Shown here: positions 17,751 through 24,667 of the stretch, in pieces
How the letters are laid out: every line of letters starts with the position of its first letter
Position numbering within the stretch: position 1 is the first letter of the stretch
IMG/VR virus record: IMGVR_UViG_3300042465_003011
Location: 1-43,457 of that record
Origin: a virus
Taxonomy: Duplodnaviria > Caudoviricetes
Reading direction: 5' to 3' (one strand)
Length of the DNA: 43,457 nucleotides
Notes under the pieces: generated by a model
What the model was told of the DNA's origin: nothing
Databases searched by the model: none
Seen by the model: the letters and a program-made list of their open reading frames with translations, nothing else
Translations under genes and position numbers: made by a program

Positions 17751-17927
17751 CTAACTAAATTCTCGACCCGGTGCAATTCTTTTGGTTAAAAATCTTAATA
17801 CTTCCCGAGCACGCTTTACATCCTCATGTGTTAAGTCGGTTGTCTCACCGATTATTCCAACATTGGCTAATGGTATCAGGGCTTCAAACGCCATGTCCAT
17901 TAACTCGTCATCAGATATCTCTTTCAT
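17751..17927 (-). CDS. Hypothetical protein (58 aa)
   Basis: MKEISDDELMDMAFEALIPLANVG...APGREFS; ATGA-coupled to the upstream gene. Confidence 0.5.
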   Translation of the reverse strand: MKEISDDELMDMAFEALIPLANVGIIGETTDLTHEDVKRAREVLRFLTKRIAPGREFS

Positions 17928-18130
17928 TCTTTCACCTTATAAAACTTTTTAGCACCCATGCGAACTAAGTCAGCGATCCCGTTCTCAACAAACCTATTCA
18001 ATGTTCGGGCAACCCTGTTCTCGCTTACGATCCACTCCTTTGCGATTGTCTTCGCCTGAACCGGAGTCTTCTTATGTGAGCACAGGTAATCCCATACACC
18101 CTGCTCAAAGTCGGTCATCTCTACTGCCAT
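17924..18130 (-). CDS. Small winged-HTH protein
   Basis: MAVEMTDFEQGVWDYL...AKTIAKEW.VSENRVARTLNRFVENG; GGAG RBS. Confidence 0.7.
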   Translation of the reverse strand: MAVEMTDFEQGVWDYLCSHKKTPVQAKTIAKEWIVSENRVARTLNRFVENGIADLVRMGAKKFYKVKE

Positions 18131-18132
18131 TC

Positions 18133-18918
18133 TTAATCTCCACAGAAACATTCAACTGTTGGATCGTCAAATAATTTTGACTGATCCCTCTGATACTTTG
18201 ACATCTCGGCATACGATGGCCGATCGGATCTGAATGTAGCCCCGATCTTTTTCTCCATGTCTGCCCACCATATGGCTCGGTCAGGCTTCTCGTTGATCAG
18301 ACCCCTGATAATCCCTGCGCCTTTTAAAAAACATAAATCACAGTTCGATGCGCCAGACGCCTTGGGTAGTTTCAAATCAAACCCGTTCTTATCCCAAAAC
18401 TCCCAAACATCTTTCTCAGTTATGTTCGCATCAGCAAGGGGAAGATACTTGTCCTCTTGCTTACGGATCTTAGCAACCCGACGTGGCTCATCTGCTCGAA
18501 CACCAACGAATGTTATGTAATCGGATATGCCTATTGACTTCAGGTATCTGTTGATGGCTAACACCTTGAGTTCCTGAGTACAGAACCGGGCGACCATGTT
18601 GGGGAGATACTTCCTCTTAGTTACCAGCATCTCAAATGGCTCACCCTGACGGGATGCCGTATCAAAGTCCACTACGACGAACCTTGGCTTCTCTGGCCGA
18701 TACTCCAGCCATGTGATCTGAACGCCCCAGTTGGCCTCGCAGTCCCTGACAAACTCCAGCGTGGCCTGCTCCTCTTTACCCGTGTTAGCAAAGCATACGA
18801 TGGCCTCAGAGGGTAGGCCGCCATTGGATTGGAGCACCCGCCACAACATATATGCCGATGTCCTGCCACCACTAAACGATATGACTGTTGGTTCTGTTAT
18901 CTTAAACGGATCTATCAC
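18133..18918 (-). CDS. Phosphoadenosine-phosphosulfate reductase family (PP-loop) protein
   Basis: SFSGGRTS, FANTGKE, RFCTQELK, GVRADE, NCDLCF and C-terminal CFCGD. Confidence 0.85.
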   Translation of the reverse strand: MIDPFKITEPTVISFSGGRTSAYMLWRVLQSNGGLPSEAIVCFANTGKEEQATLEFVRDCEANWGVQITWLEYRPEKPRFVVVDFDTASRQGEPFEMLVTKRKYLPNMVARFCTQELKVLAINRYLKSIGISDYITFVGVRADEPRRVAKIRKQEDKYLPLADANITEKDVWEFWDKNGFDLKLPKASGASNCDLCFLKGAGIIRGLINEKPDRAIWWADMEKKIGATFRSDRPSYAEMSKYQRDQSKLFDDPTVECFCGD

Positions 18919-18919
18919 C

Positions 18920-19370
18920 TGTTAGTACCTATGTCGTGTCACCTGCCAACTCAGCGTGTCTAATCTGCCCAAGGGGTGGAAGCCGAGACTTTTCCCCGCC
19001 CCAAGGCGCCAATGTGGAGGCACCTCTAGGCAACCCGAAGGTAGCGATTCATTCACCAAGAGTCTTGTCCCACCGCTTTCCTCTTGGCTACTCCAGTCCC
19101 TCGCTAACAGGCTGGAACCTAAACACGGGGTGTCCTTGCTAGGTGTCTACTCTGACGGGCAGCCGATTCAGGCTCACAACTAACGGGCGTCTTGCCGGTC
19201 AGCAGAATAGAAAAAGCCCACATAAGACTAGAGCGTGGCTCTGGCATGAGCAGCGTTGAAAGCAATGGAATCGGTAGGTTCCCATCAATTTCAAAACTAC
19301 ACACGCCCCAGACTTATATGGGCTTGCGTACTACCGATTTTTGATTCCAACAGGTGCCACCCTGCTGACA
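18920..19370 (-). ncRNA. Candidate long structured leader or ncRNA (~450 nt)
   Basis: No credible CDS; about 10 predicted stems, including a 24-bp stem with G-U pairs valid only on the minus strand and a C(UUCG)G hairpin; has its own promoter. Confidence 0.6.
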
Positions 19371-19376
19371 GTTGAA

Positions 19377-19406
19377 AGACTATCACAAGTCCAATTAGTT
19401 CCGCAA
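19377..19406 (-). promoter_or_regulatory. Putative sigma-70 promoter for the structured leader and replication genes
   Basis: Minus strand TTGCGG, 18 bp, TAGTCT, with an extended -10 TG. Confidence 0.55.
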
Positions 19407-19483
19407 GTGTTTTTTCCCGGCATCACGGAGCCGGGGGCCGACGGGGTAGGAATCGTCGGAACCATCCCGCCAGACCATAGTAG

Positions 19484-19514
19484 AAAAAAAACCCCCGGGT
19501 GTCTAGGCCGGGGG
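19484..19514 (-). terminator. Rho-independent terminator
   Basis: CCCCCGG/CCGGGGG stem (19492-19498 and 19508-19514) followed by 8 U on the minus strand. Confidence 0.85.
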
Positions 19515-19579
19515 AAGGTACCGCGAGGAGGTGTCCATGCCGCTAGGAGATCACGGACGAGTGCCAAGGAGATTGGCAA
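19484..19579 (-). ncRNA. Candidate anti-Shine-Dalgarno small RNA (~96 nt)
   Basis: Near-consensus promoter upstream; hairpins UGCCAA-UCUCC-UUGGCA and GUCCGUG-AUCUCCUAGCGG-CAUGGAC; single-stranded ACCUCCUCG; intrinsic terminator. Confidence 0.75.
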
Positions 19580-19584
19580 TCTTT

Positions 19585-19613
19585 ACTATAAATATCCCCA
19601 GCGTTTATGTCAA
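19585..19613 (-). promoter_or_regulatory. Sigma-70 promoter of the sRNA
   Basis: Minus strand TTGACA (19613-19608), 17 bp, TATAGT (19590-19585). Confidence 0.85.
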
Positions 19614-19832
19614 CTATCCCGCCTTGATCTGGGGATACCCATCCAAATCAACGTCGTATTTAATCCCATTGACCCGGAGAACCACATCCGGCGCACAGTT
19701 ACAGGGATTCTTTTTAGATAACTTGCACCCGTCATCATGGGATACCTCGGCCAAGACGGCCACGCCATTCCCATGCTGCTGCTTAACCAGACCCATACCA
19801 AGATCAATCCTCTGCAAATAATCAAGTCTCAT
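19614..19832 (-). CDS. Hypothetical protein
   Basis: 72 aa with HDD.C......CNC.PD metal-binding-like motif; GGAGG RBS. Confidence 0.65.
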   Translation of the reverse strand: MRLDYLQRIDLGMGLVKQQHGNGVAVLAEVSHDDGCKLSKKNPCNCAPDVVLRVNGIKYDVDLDGYPQIKAG

Positions 19833-20116
19833 TTGACCTCCAAGTATCCGCTCTCAAATAACCAACCGATCGTTCGACGATGCGCCTCATCCCACATATT
19901 AACTCTGGCCTCCTTCGTCAGCCCAGCCCCCTGATCCAACTCCATATGGCACTGATAACACATGGCCGCTATACGGTAGTCATGGGCCTTCAAACCACGA
20001 CCCTTGCCATCCCTTAACTGATTGGAGTGGGCGGCAACCACTGTCCCATTCTTGGCGTTACAGACCTGACACGGAGATTCTCTTACCACCTCTAATAATT
20101 TCTTGTTTCGGTACAC
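19829..20116 (-). CDS. DUF1364-like putative nuclease / Zn-binding protein
   Basis: CQVC...TVVAAHSN...KG.GLKAHD...A.CYQCH..LD. Start taken at GTG 20116. Confidence 0.75.
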   Translation of the reverse strand: MYRNKKLLEVVRESPCQVCNAKNGTVVAAHSNQLRDGKGRGLKAHDYRIAAMCYQCHMELDQGAGLTKEARVNMWDEAHRRTIGWLFESGYLEVK

Positions 20117-20252
20117 CCGGCTTCTCCCTAAATCCATCTGCCAATAACTCCATAACCTTAGCCGCCCGTAGCATCTGATCAACCTCAAATGGATTGCCCA
20201 TATGCTTGGCGTTTGCCCGTAACCAAGCGGCTAGTTTGTAAGCCTCATTCAT
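20058..20252 (-). CDS. Hypothetical protein
   Basis: MNEAYKLAAWL...RAA; GGAG RBS. Confidence 0.5.
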   Translation of the reverse strand: MNEAYKLAAWLRANAKHMGNPFEVDQMLRAAKVMELLADGFREKPGVPKQEIIRGGKRISVSGL

Positions 20253-20356
20253 TTACTATCTCCACGATAACTAATCCACAAACACAAAATTGTAAACGCC
20301 GAAATAAACAGGAAGAACTTAACGGCATGAAGAACTGACCAGTCAATAAAAAACAT
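20249..20356 (-). CDS. Small single-TM peptide (35 aa)
   Basis: MFFIDWSVLHAVKFFLFISAFTILCLWISYRGDSK; fills the gap with coupled ends. Confidence 0.5.
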   Translation of the reverse strand: MFFIDWSVLHAVKFFLFISAFTILCLWISYRGDSK

Positions 20357-20358
20357 TA

Positions 20359-20601
20359 TCATTTCCCACCCCTTAGTTTACGCTCATCAAGTATCTCTTG
20401 GTTCAAGGCACCCAAGTCAGTTTGTAACATACTTATCTGAGACATGGCGCTGGCCAGTCTGGATTCCAAGGATGTGACAGTCTCCATAGCCTTGCTATGC
20501 TTATCCTTCCAGAAATCTATGACCTCGGACTTCTGATCGACCTCCCTTTGCAGGGCGTCTACCAATAAATATAAGTGATTCGTCTGACCATCTTCACCCA
20601 T
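20359..20601 (-). CDS. Coiled-coil hypothetical protein
   Basis: 80 aa with heptad pattern; GGAGG RBS. Confidence 0.65.
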   Translation of the reverse strand: MGEDGQTNHLYLLVDALQREVDQKSEVIDFWKDKHSKAMETVTSLESRLASAMSQISMLQTDLGALNQEILDERKLRGGK

Positions 20602-20604
20602 GAC

Positions 20605-20898
20605 CTACCTCCTCATTCCTCTTGCTTCCCATAATATCTGACTCAGCCGATGCAGTATCTCTTCCAATTGTTTTTTGTTTTCGTTGTACAGGCGCTCAGA
20701 CAAATAGAAAAAGCAGGCCGCCTTACCGTCATCGAAATCAATGTGTACAGAATCCATCAACTGACCGACCTCATCAAACCTGTATGACAACTCATCAAGG
20801 TCATTGCTTACTTGCCACGTGCCATTAAGTAATTTGTTCAAGTCCTCTATCTTAACTAGGGCCATCGACGGGGATTTATTGGTCGCTTTTTTCTTCAT
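20605..20898 (-). CDS. Hypothetical protein
   Basis: 97 aa; AGGAG RBS. Confidence 0.65.
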   Translation of the reverse strand: MKKKATNKSPSMALVKIEDLNKLLNGTWQVSNDLDELSYRFDEVGQLMDSVHIDFDDGKAACFFYLSERLYNENKKQLEEILHRLSQILWEARGMRR

Positions 20899-21391
20899 TT
20901 TTAATTTCTCCTTTAAAGTTTTTCCGTAAATTTGATAACAACAAAGCGTGGTGCTTTACATTTGGCCGTGGGGATGGCTCTAAATTATCATCCCTGAATA
21001 TATCTTTATGTAGAAACCAACCGAGTATTTCTATTGTTCTAAATTGAACTGTACAAAATATGTATCGATCTATATTGTCCTTGGCTTTCCATTCGGGAAC
21101 AAAAACCTTATCTTTCCCCGGCTTGGTACTCTTTACATCAATTCTATTACCATTGATAACGCAATCAGCCCCACCTTTTCTTGGCTCGAAGGATAGATCC
21201 GGGCAGACATTGAAGTGTTTGCACACTCCAAACTCTCCTACCAAACCGTCAACGCCAATCAGAAACCCATCGTCGTAGCCCATCTTCTTATCTGCAACCT
21301 TAGCGTATTCATTGACATACGTTCGGACTGAGGACAGGTAGACTGCCAAAGAGTATTCGCTTGGCTTGAGAATTATTTTGTTACACTCCAT
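20876..21391 (-). CDS. Putative PD-(D/E)XK nuclease-fold protein
   Basis: G.VGEFGV...GADCVINGNRIDVKST...ILGW. Start MECNK (21391). Confidence 0.65.
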   Translation of the reverse strand: MECNKIILKPSEYSLAVYLSSVRTYVNEYAKVADKKMGYDDGFLIGVDGLVGEFGVCKHFNVCPDLSFEPRKGGADCVINGNRIDVKSTKPGKDKVFVPEWKAKDNIDRYIFCTVQFRTIEILGWFLHKDIFRDDNLEPSPRPNVKHHALLLSNLRKNFKGEIKNEEKSDQ

Positions 21392-21831
21392 GTCTTGCCC
21401 AAGTTTATTGATTTGTGCCATTTATTGGATTCCTTTTTAGATAGTGCGGCCGCAAGACTTACTTTCTTGGATCGCGTTATTTCACTTCTGTCCCGGTTGA
21501 TTTTGTCGTAATCGGATTCAACCTTATCAACGTCATAATTAATTTTAGACATGGCGTCAGCCAGAGTTTCAATCTCCTCATGCTTGTGCTTCCACAGAAT
21601 GTCAGCAATCTTGGGTAGATAGGCGCATATAAATCGTCTGGCATAAACATTTCTATGGCCAATCAGTTTCGGTATACGCTTTAACTCATCAAACTGGTCA
21701 TCTGTAATGCCAAAGTTTCTTTTGAATATCATGCAAAGGATGTACATTTTTAAGGTGTCAGCCCCGTAAAACTTATCAATTAGCAGCCGATCCCACTCCC
21801 TTTGTAGGTTCACAGGGGCTTGTTTATCCAC
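21373..21831 (-). CDS. Hypothetical protein
   Basis: 152-aa ORF in the operon; AGGAG RBS. Confidence 0.65.
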   Translation of the reverse strand: MDKQAPVNLQREWDRLLIDKFYGADTLKMYILCMIFKRNFGITDDQFDELKRIPKLIGHRNVYARRFICAYLPKIADILWKHKHEEIETLADAMSKINYDVDKVESDYDKINRDRSEITRSKKVSLAAALSKKESNKWHKSINLGKTWSVTK

Positions 21832-22105
21832 TGTTCTTCTCCTTTAGTTTGGCTTCTACGGCCCTATAAAATACACTCCCCCTGTCGCTGTAACATTCCC
21901 ACACTTCCTCATCCGTCAGCCCAACCCACTCATGTTTACGTTTTGCCGTTTCATCGACACGTTCTTGCGATATGTCGATGGCGTGTACACGTTCAGGTTG
22001 CTCTAGTGCTTTGCGTAGATTTTCTTTTACTGATGTCCAAGTGTTGGGGCAAGTGTTTTCCAAAGCCGTCAACGCCAACTCTGCTGCATCGCGTAAGTCG
22101 CTCAT
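21824..22105 (-). CDS. Hypothetical protein (WVGLTDEE family)
   Basis: LRDAAELALTALE...EWVGLTDEE...RAVEAKLKEKN, a mosaic phage motif set. Confidence 0.75.
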   Translation of the reverse strand: MSDLRDAAELALTALENTCPNTWTSVKENLRKALEQPERVHAIDISQERVDETAKRKHEWVGLTDEEVWECYSDRGSVFYRAVEAKLKEKNSG

Positions 22106-22431
22106 AGCCTAGTACCACCACGATTGTTAGCGCAGGGCCATACTTGGGCTAGAGCATTAACCACAAGGGAATCAGCGGAGTAATGTCTTCTTTCGGGATT
22201 AAGTTCTAAATACTGCTTGACCACATCCCGGGCTTGTCCTGCGGTTACATTTTGTGGGGCACATACCTTTACCCTAGCGTAAACATCAGCCACACCTTGA
22301 ACATAACCAAGAGCAACCATCTTTGGAATAGCCTCCGAATCGTTCATCCTCGACAACAGACCATTGCCATCCAAAAACTCAGCACTCGCCATGCACGGGA
22401 CAAATAATAAAGTAGCGATTAATTTTTTCAT
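22102..22431 (-). CDS. Secreted Rap1a/Tai immunity-family protein
   Basis: Signal peptide MKKLIATLLFVPCMASA, then F.DGN.L, GYVQGVAD, C.P..VT.GQ..DVV..YL..NPE.RH..A and WPC. Confidence 0.8.
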   Translation of the reverse strand: MKKLIATLLFVPCMASAEFLDGNGLLSRMNDSEAIPKMVALGYVQGVADVYARVKVCAPQNVTAGQARDVVKQYLELNPERRHYSADSLVVNALAQVWPCANNRGGTRL

Positions 22432-22610
22432 TTTCTTGTCCTTTTCTTAATTGCGGGAAGTCCCAAGGTCATAGGGTCTCTAGCCTCCATCATTTCGTCA
22501 GCAAAACGGTAAGCCTCTTTGGCTATGTCCTGCTCATCTCTAATGATCAAGGCGCACATTGCAAGACTGGCAAAGATATCCCTCAAGGTATCCTTATCAT
22601 GATCCGTCAT
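22428..22610 (-). CDS. Hypothetical protein (LRD.FA...AY..AD.M.EAR family)
   Basis: Start MTDHDK (22610); common phage motif. Confidence 0.7.
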   Translation of the reverse strand: MTDHDKDTLRDIFASLAMCALIIRDEQDIAKEAYRFADEMMEARDPMTLGLPAIKKRTRK

Positions 22611-22887
22611 TAGGATTCTCCAAGGCCAATATCTGATCCGATAAAACGGCTCCGATATCCCGGCCATTAACGGCTACCATCTGCGCCTCTTTACAGTCGA
22701 ACACAACCTTGGCCGCATCCCTGATGCCCTTGTTGTATCCACCCTTGAAAGAGTCATTGCCATTAATCATCACAGCAATAGCATCTCGAATCATCGTGGA
22801 CGCCTTGCGCTCCTTGGCAAGGGATTTGATCTTTACAAACAACTCCTCAGGCAAATAGACTGAGTAAGGTACTAATTTCTTTTCCAT
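22597..22887 (-). CDS. Ribbon-helix-helix-like DNA-binding protein
   Basis: PYSVYLPEELFVKIKSLA....ASTMIRDAI pattern. Confidence 0.6.
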   Translation of the reverse strand: MEKKLVPYSVYLPEELFVKIKSLAKERKASTMIRDAIAVMINGNDSFKGGYNKGIRDAAKVVFDCKEAQMVAVNGRDIGAVLSDQILALENPNDGS

Positions 22888-23288
22888 GTGTCATATTCCT
22901 TTTGTATTTTTTCTAGCCTCTTTCGGGCTTGTTCATCGGTCTTTAGTTCTGATCTAGACTGAACCCCAAGGGCATCCCGCATCCAGTCGGTCGCTTCCTT
23001 CTCGTTCTTAGTGATGATCTGCGTATCATCAAACAAGTAGTCCCAAAAGGTAGGGTCGCGGCACATCAGGCCAGCAATACGAACGTACTTATTGCCGTCA
23101 AATTCCTGCGGATCCATCGGGGTTTCGTCTACACCTATACGAACCATGACCACCTGATACCTAGCCCCAACAAAGTGGCGCAGCAGGTCTTCAGGTATAT
23201 CGTCAGGGTGCAAAGACAGGGTAAGAACATAGCCGGTCTTATCCTGTTTTAGCGCAACCTTGACGGCCTCAAAGTTCATGGTCTTCAT
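22872..23288 (-). CDS. Conserved hypothetical protein
   Basis: FEAVKVALKQ...AGLMCRDP.F...GVQSRSEL. Confidence 0.7.
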   Translation of the reverse strand: MKTMNFEAVKVALKQDKTGYVLTLSLHPDDIPEDLLRHFVGARYQVVMVRIGVDETPMDPQEFDGNKYVRIAGLMCRDPTFWDYLFDDTQIITKNEKEATDWMRDALGVQSRSELKTDEQARKRLEKIQKEYDTWKRN

Positions 23289-23297
23289 CTAGCCCCC

Positions 23298-23582
23298 TTA
23301 GAAAGGAACGTCTTCGTCAGGAGCAACTGGCGATTGGGGTTTGACATACGGCTCAGATGCTTTAAAAGGTTCGGACACTATTACGGAGAGGCAGTCCATG
23401 CCTTTGAACTTTCTTTTCCAACCCGAGATCGATATCTTTACTGGGTCTTCGCTCTTGCTGATCAGCGCCTGAAGCAGGCTCTTCTCAATCATGACGTTAC
23501 CTCTGAGATCTGGATGCGATTCTGACGGTTTGCTCTCGGGAGGCCATAGGGTGCCGCTGTTTGGTCTGGGTATATAAGCCAT
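23298..23582 (-). CDS. Putative ssDNA-binding protein (DUF736-like)
   Basis: NSGTL...HPDLRG...ISGW and acidic DEDVPF tail; next to ERF. Confidence 0.6.
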   Translation of the reverse strand: MAYIPRPNSGTLWPPESKPSESHPDLRGNVMIEKSLLQALISKSEDPVKISISGWKRKFKGMDCLSVIVSEPFKASEPYVKPQSPVAPDEDVPF

Positions 23583-24262
23583 TATTCTTCCTTAAATTTG
23601 TTTTTAACTTTGGTGAACTCTTCCATCAACTTCTTGAACCACTCAGGATCCCGTGACTTAGCCTCGTCAAACAAAGACTTGTTGGCCTTGAACACAGCCA
23701 TAACATCCTGATCCTTTTCCGCAAAACCCAGTAGAGTCGTGGTCGATGCCCATACGGCCTCAAACCAGTCAGGCTCATTAGCGTCGGGCTTCATAGTTAT
23801 TTTGATACCCCAATCCTTTGGCGCATCTTCTACCTTGGGTGCTGGCTTAGGCTGGGGCTTAGGCTCTGTCTTGGGTTCGACCTTGACGCTACCCGTCGTA
23901 GCATCGAGGGCATCATGCTCGACAATCTCAAAGGCGGCCGTCCATAGATAGCGACGCAGATAAGTCTGCACAGCACCAAGGTTTTGTACATCATGGCAAC
24001 CCTTGAGTTCAGCCTTAGACATGGGGGAGGTGAATACTATGCAGTCGTTGGTCTCGACATCGTAGATATTCAGATAGGCCAAGTCATTGGTGTAGGACAC
24101 CACGCCACACAGCCCAACCTCTTGGCAGATCTTCTGAATCGCTGGTAGGAAATCCCCAAGTTCAAAGTATTCGTACCCTGCAAACTTATTCTTGCCGGAC
24201 TTGGTTAACTTCGTGTTCTGAAGTATGACCCTAGCGGACTGTAACTTCTTATAAACGCTCAC
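23582..24262 (-). CDS. erf: ERF-family ssDNA annealing protein
   Basis: KSGKNKFAGYEYFELGD and QNLGAVQTYLRRY...EIVEHDALD. Confidence 0.85.
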   Translation of the reverse strand: MSVYKKLQSARVILQNTKLTKSGKNKFAGYEYFELGDFLPAIQKICQEVGLCGVVSYTNDLAYLNIYDVETNDCIVFTSPMSKAELKGCHDVQNLGAVQTYLRRYLWTAAFEIVEHDALDATTGSVKVEPKTEPKPQPKPAPKVEDAPKDWGIKITMKPDANEPDWFEAVWASTTTLLGFAEKDQDVMAVFKANKSLFDEAKSRDPEWFKKLMEEFTKVKNKFKEE

Positions 24263-24497
24263 TCTGTACCTCCATTAATTTTTGTAAGTAATGGGCGGCT
24301 TTCTCCAAATCCTGCATCCCGCCCTTCTCCTTGTACCTAGACACATACTTGACTACACATCCCTCCAAGTACCCCAAGTTATTAGAAACAATGTAATCCC
24401 AAGGCTGGATCGCCTTATTCTTGTAGTGCTCCCCGCCCACCTGTTCTTCATTGGCTAGCCTTGGAATATCGATATTCCGAAGTTGCTCTAGCGTCAT
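24249..24497 (-). CDS. DUF3310 (SaV-like) protein
   Basis: QVGGEHY...IQPWDYI...EG.VVKYVSR...KGG.QDLEKA.HYL. Confidence 0.88.
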   Translation of the reverse strand: MTLEQLRNIDIPRLANEEQVGGEHYKNKAIQPWDYIVSNNLGYLEGCVVKYVSRYKEKGGMQDLEKAAHYLQKLMEVQSERL

Positions 24498-24667
24498 ACG
24501 TTCTCCAAGTATTCGTCTGCCAAACGAGCCGCTGAATTAATAACCCTTGCAAATATGTCTGCGGCTTCCTCTGGAGAACATTGGTATTCCAATGGGTCAG
24601 GAATCATGTTTGGGTTGGCGGCAAGAGCCAACATAAAGTCATAGATCATTTCGGTTCTAGTTTTCAT
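24494..24667 (-). CDS. Hypothetical protein (57 aa)
   Basis: MKTRTEMIYDFMLALAANP...LADEYLENV; AGGAG RBS; ATGA coupling at both ends. Confidence 0.6.
   Translation of the reverse strand: MKTRTEMIYDFMLALAANPNMIPDPLEYQCSPEEAADIFARVINSAARLADEYLENV

Noticed and set aside
19416-19579. Plus-strand CsrB/RsmZ-like sponge (many GGA motifs)
   Set aside because: The near-consensus promoter, the terminator U-tract and a G-U pair all point to the minus strand. Kept only as a minor alternative.
18936-19821. ORFs listed across the structured non-coding region (18936-19142, 18956-19183, 19119-19304, 19331-19579, 19341-19721, 19531-19821)
   Set aside because: No recognisable protein features, mutually overlapping, and they cross promoters and a terminator. 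The GAGGAGG before the ATG at 19537 is better explained as the complement of an sRNA arm, though a peptide cannot be fully excluded.
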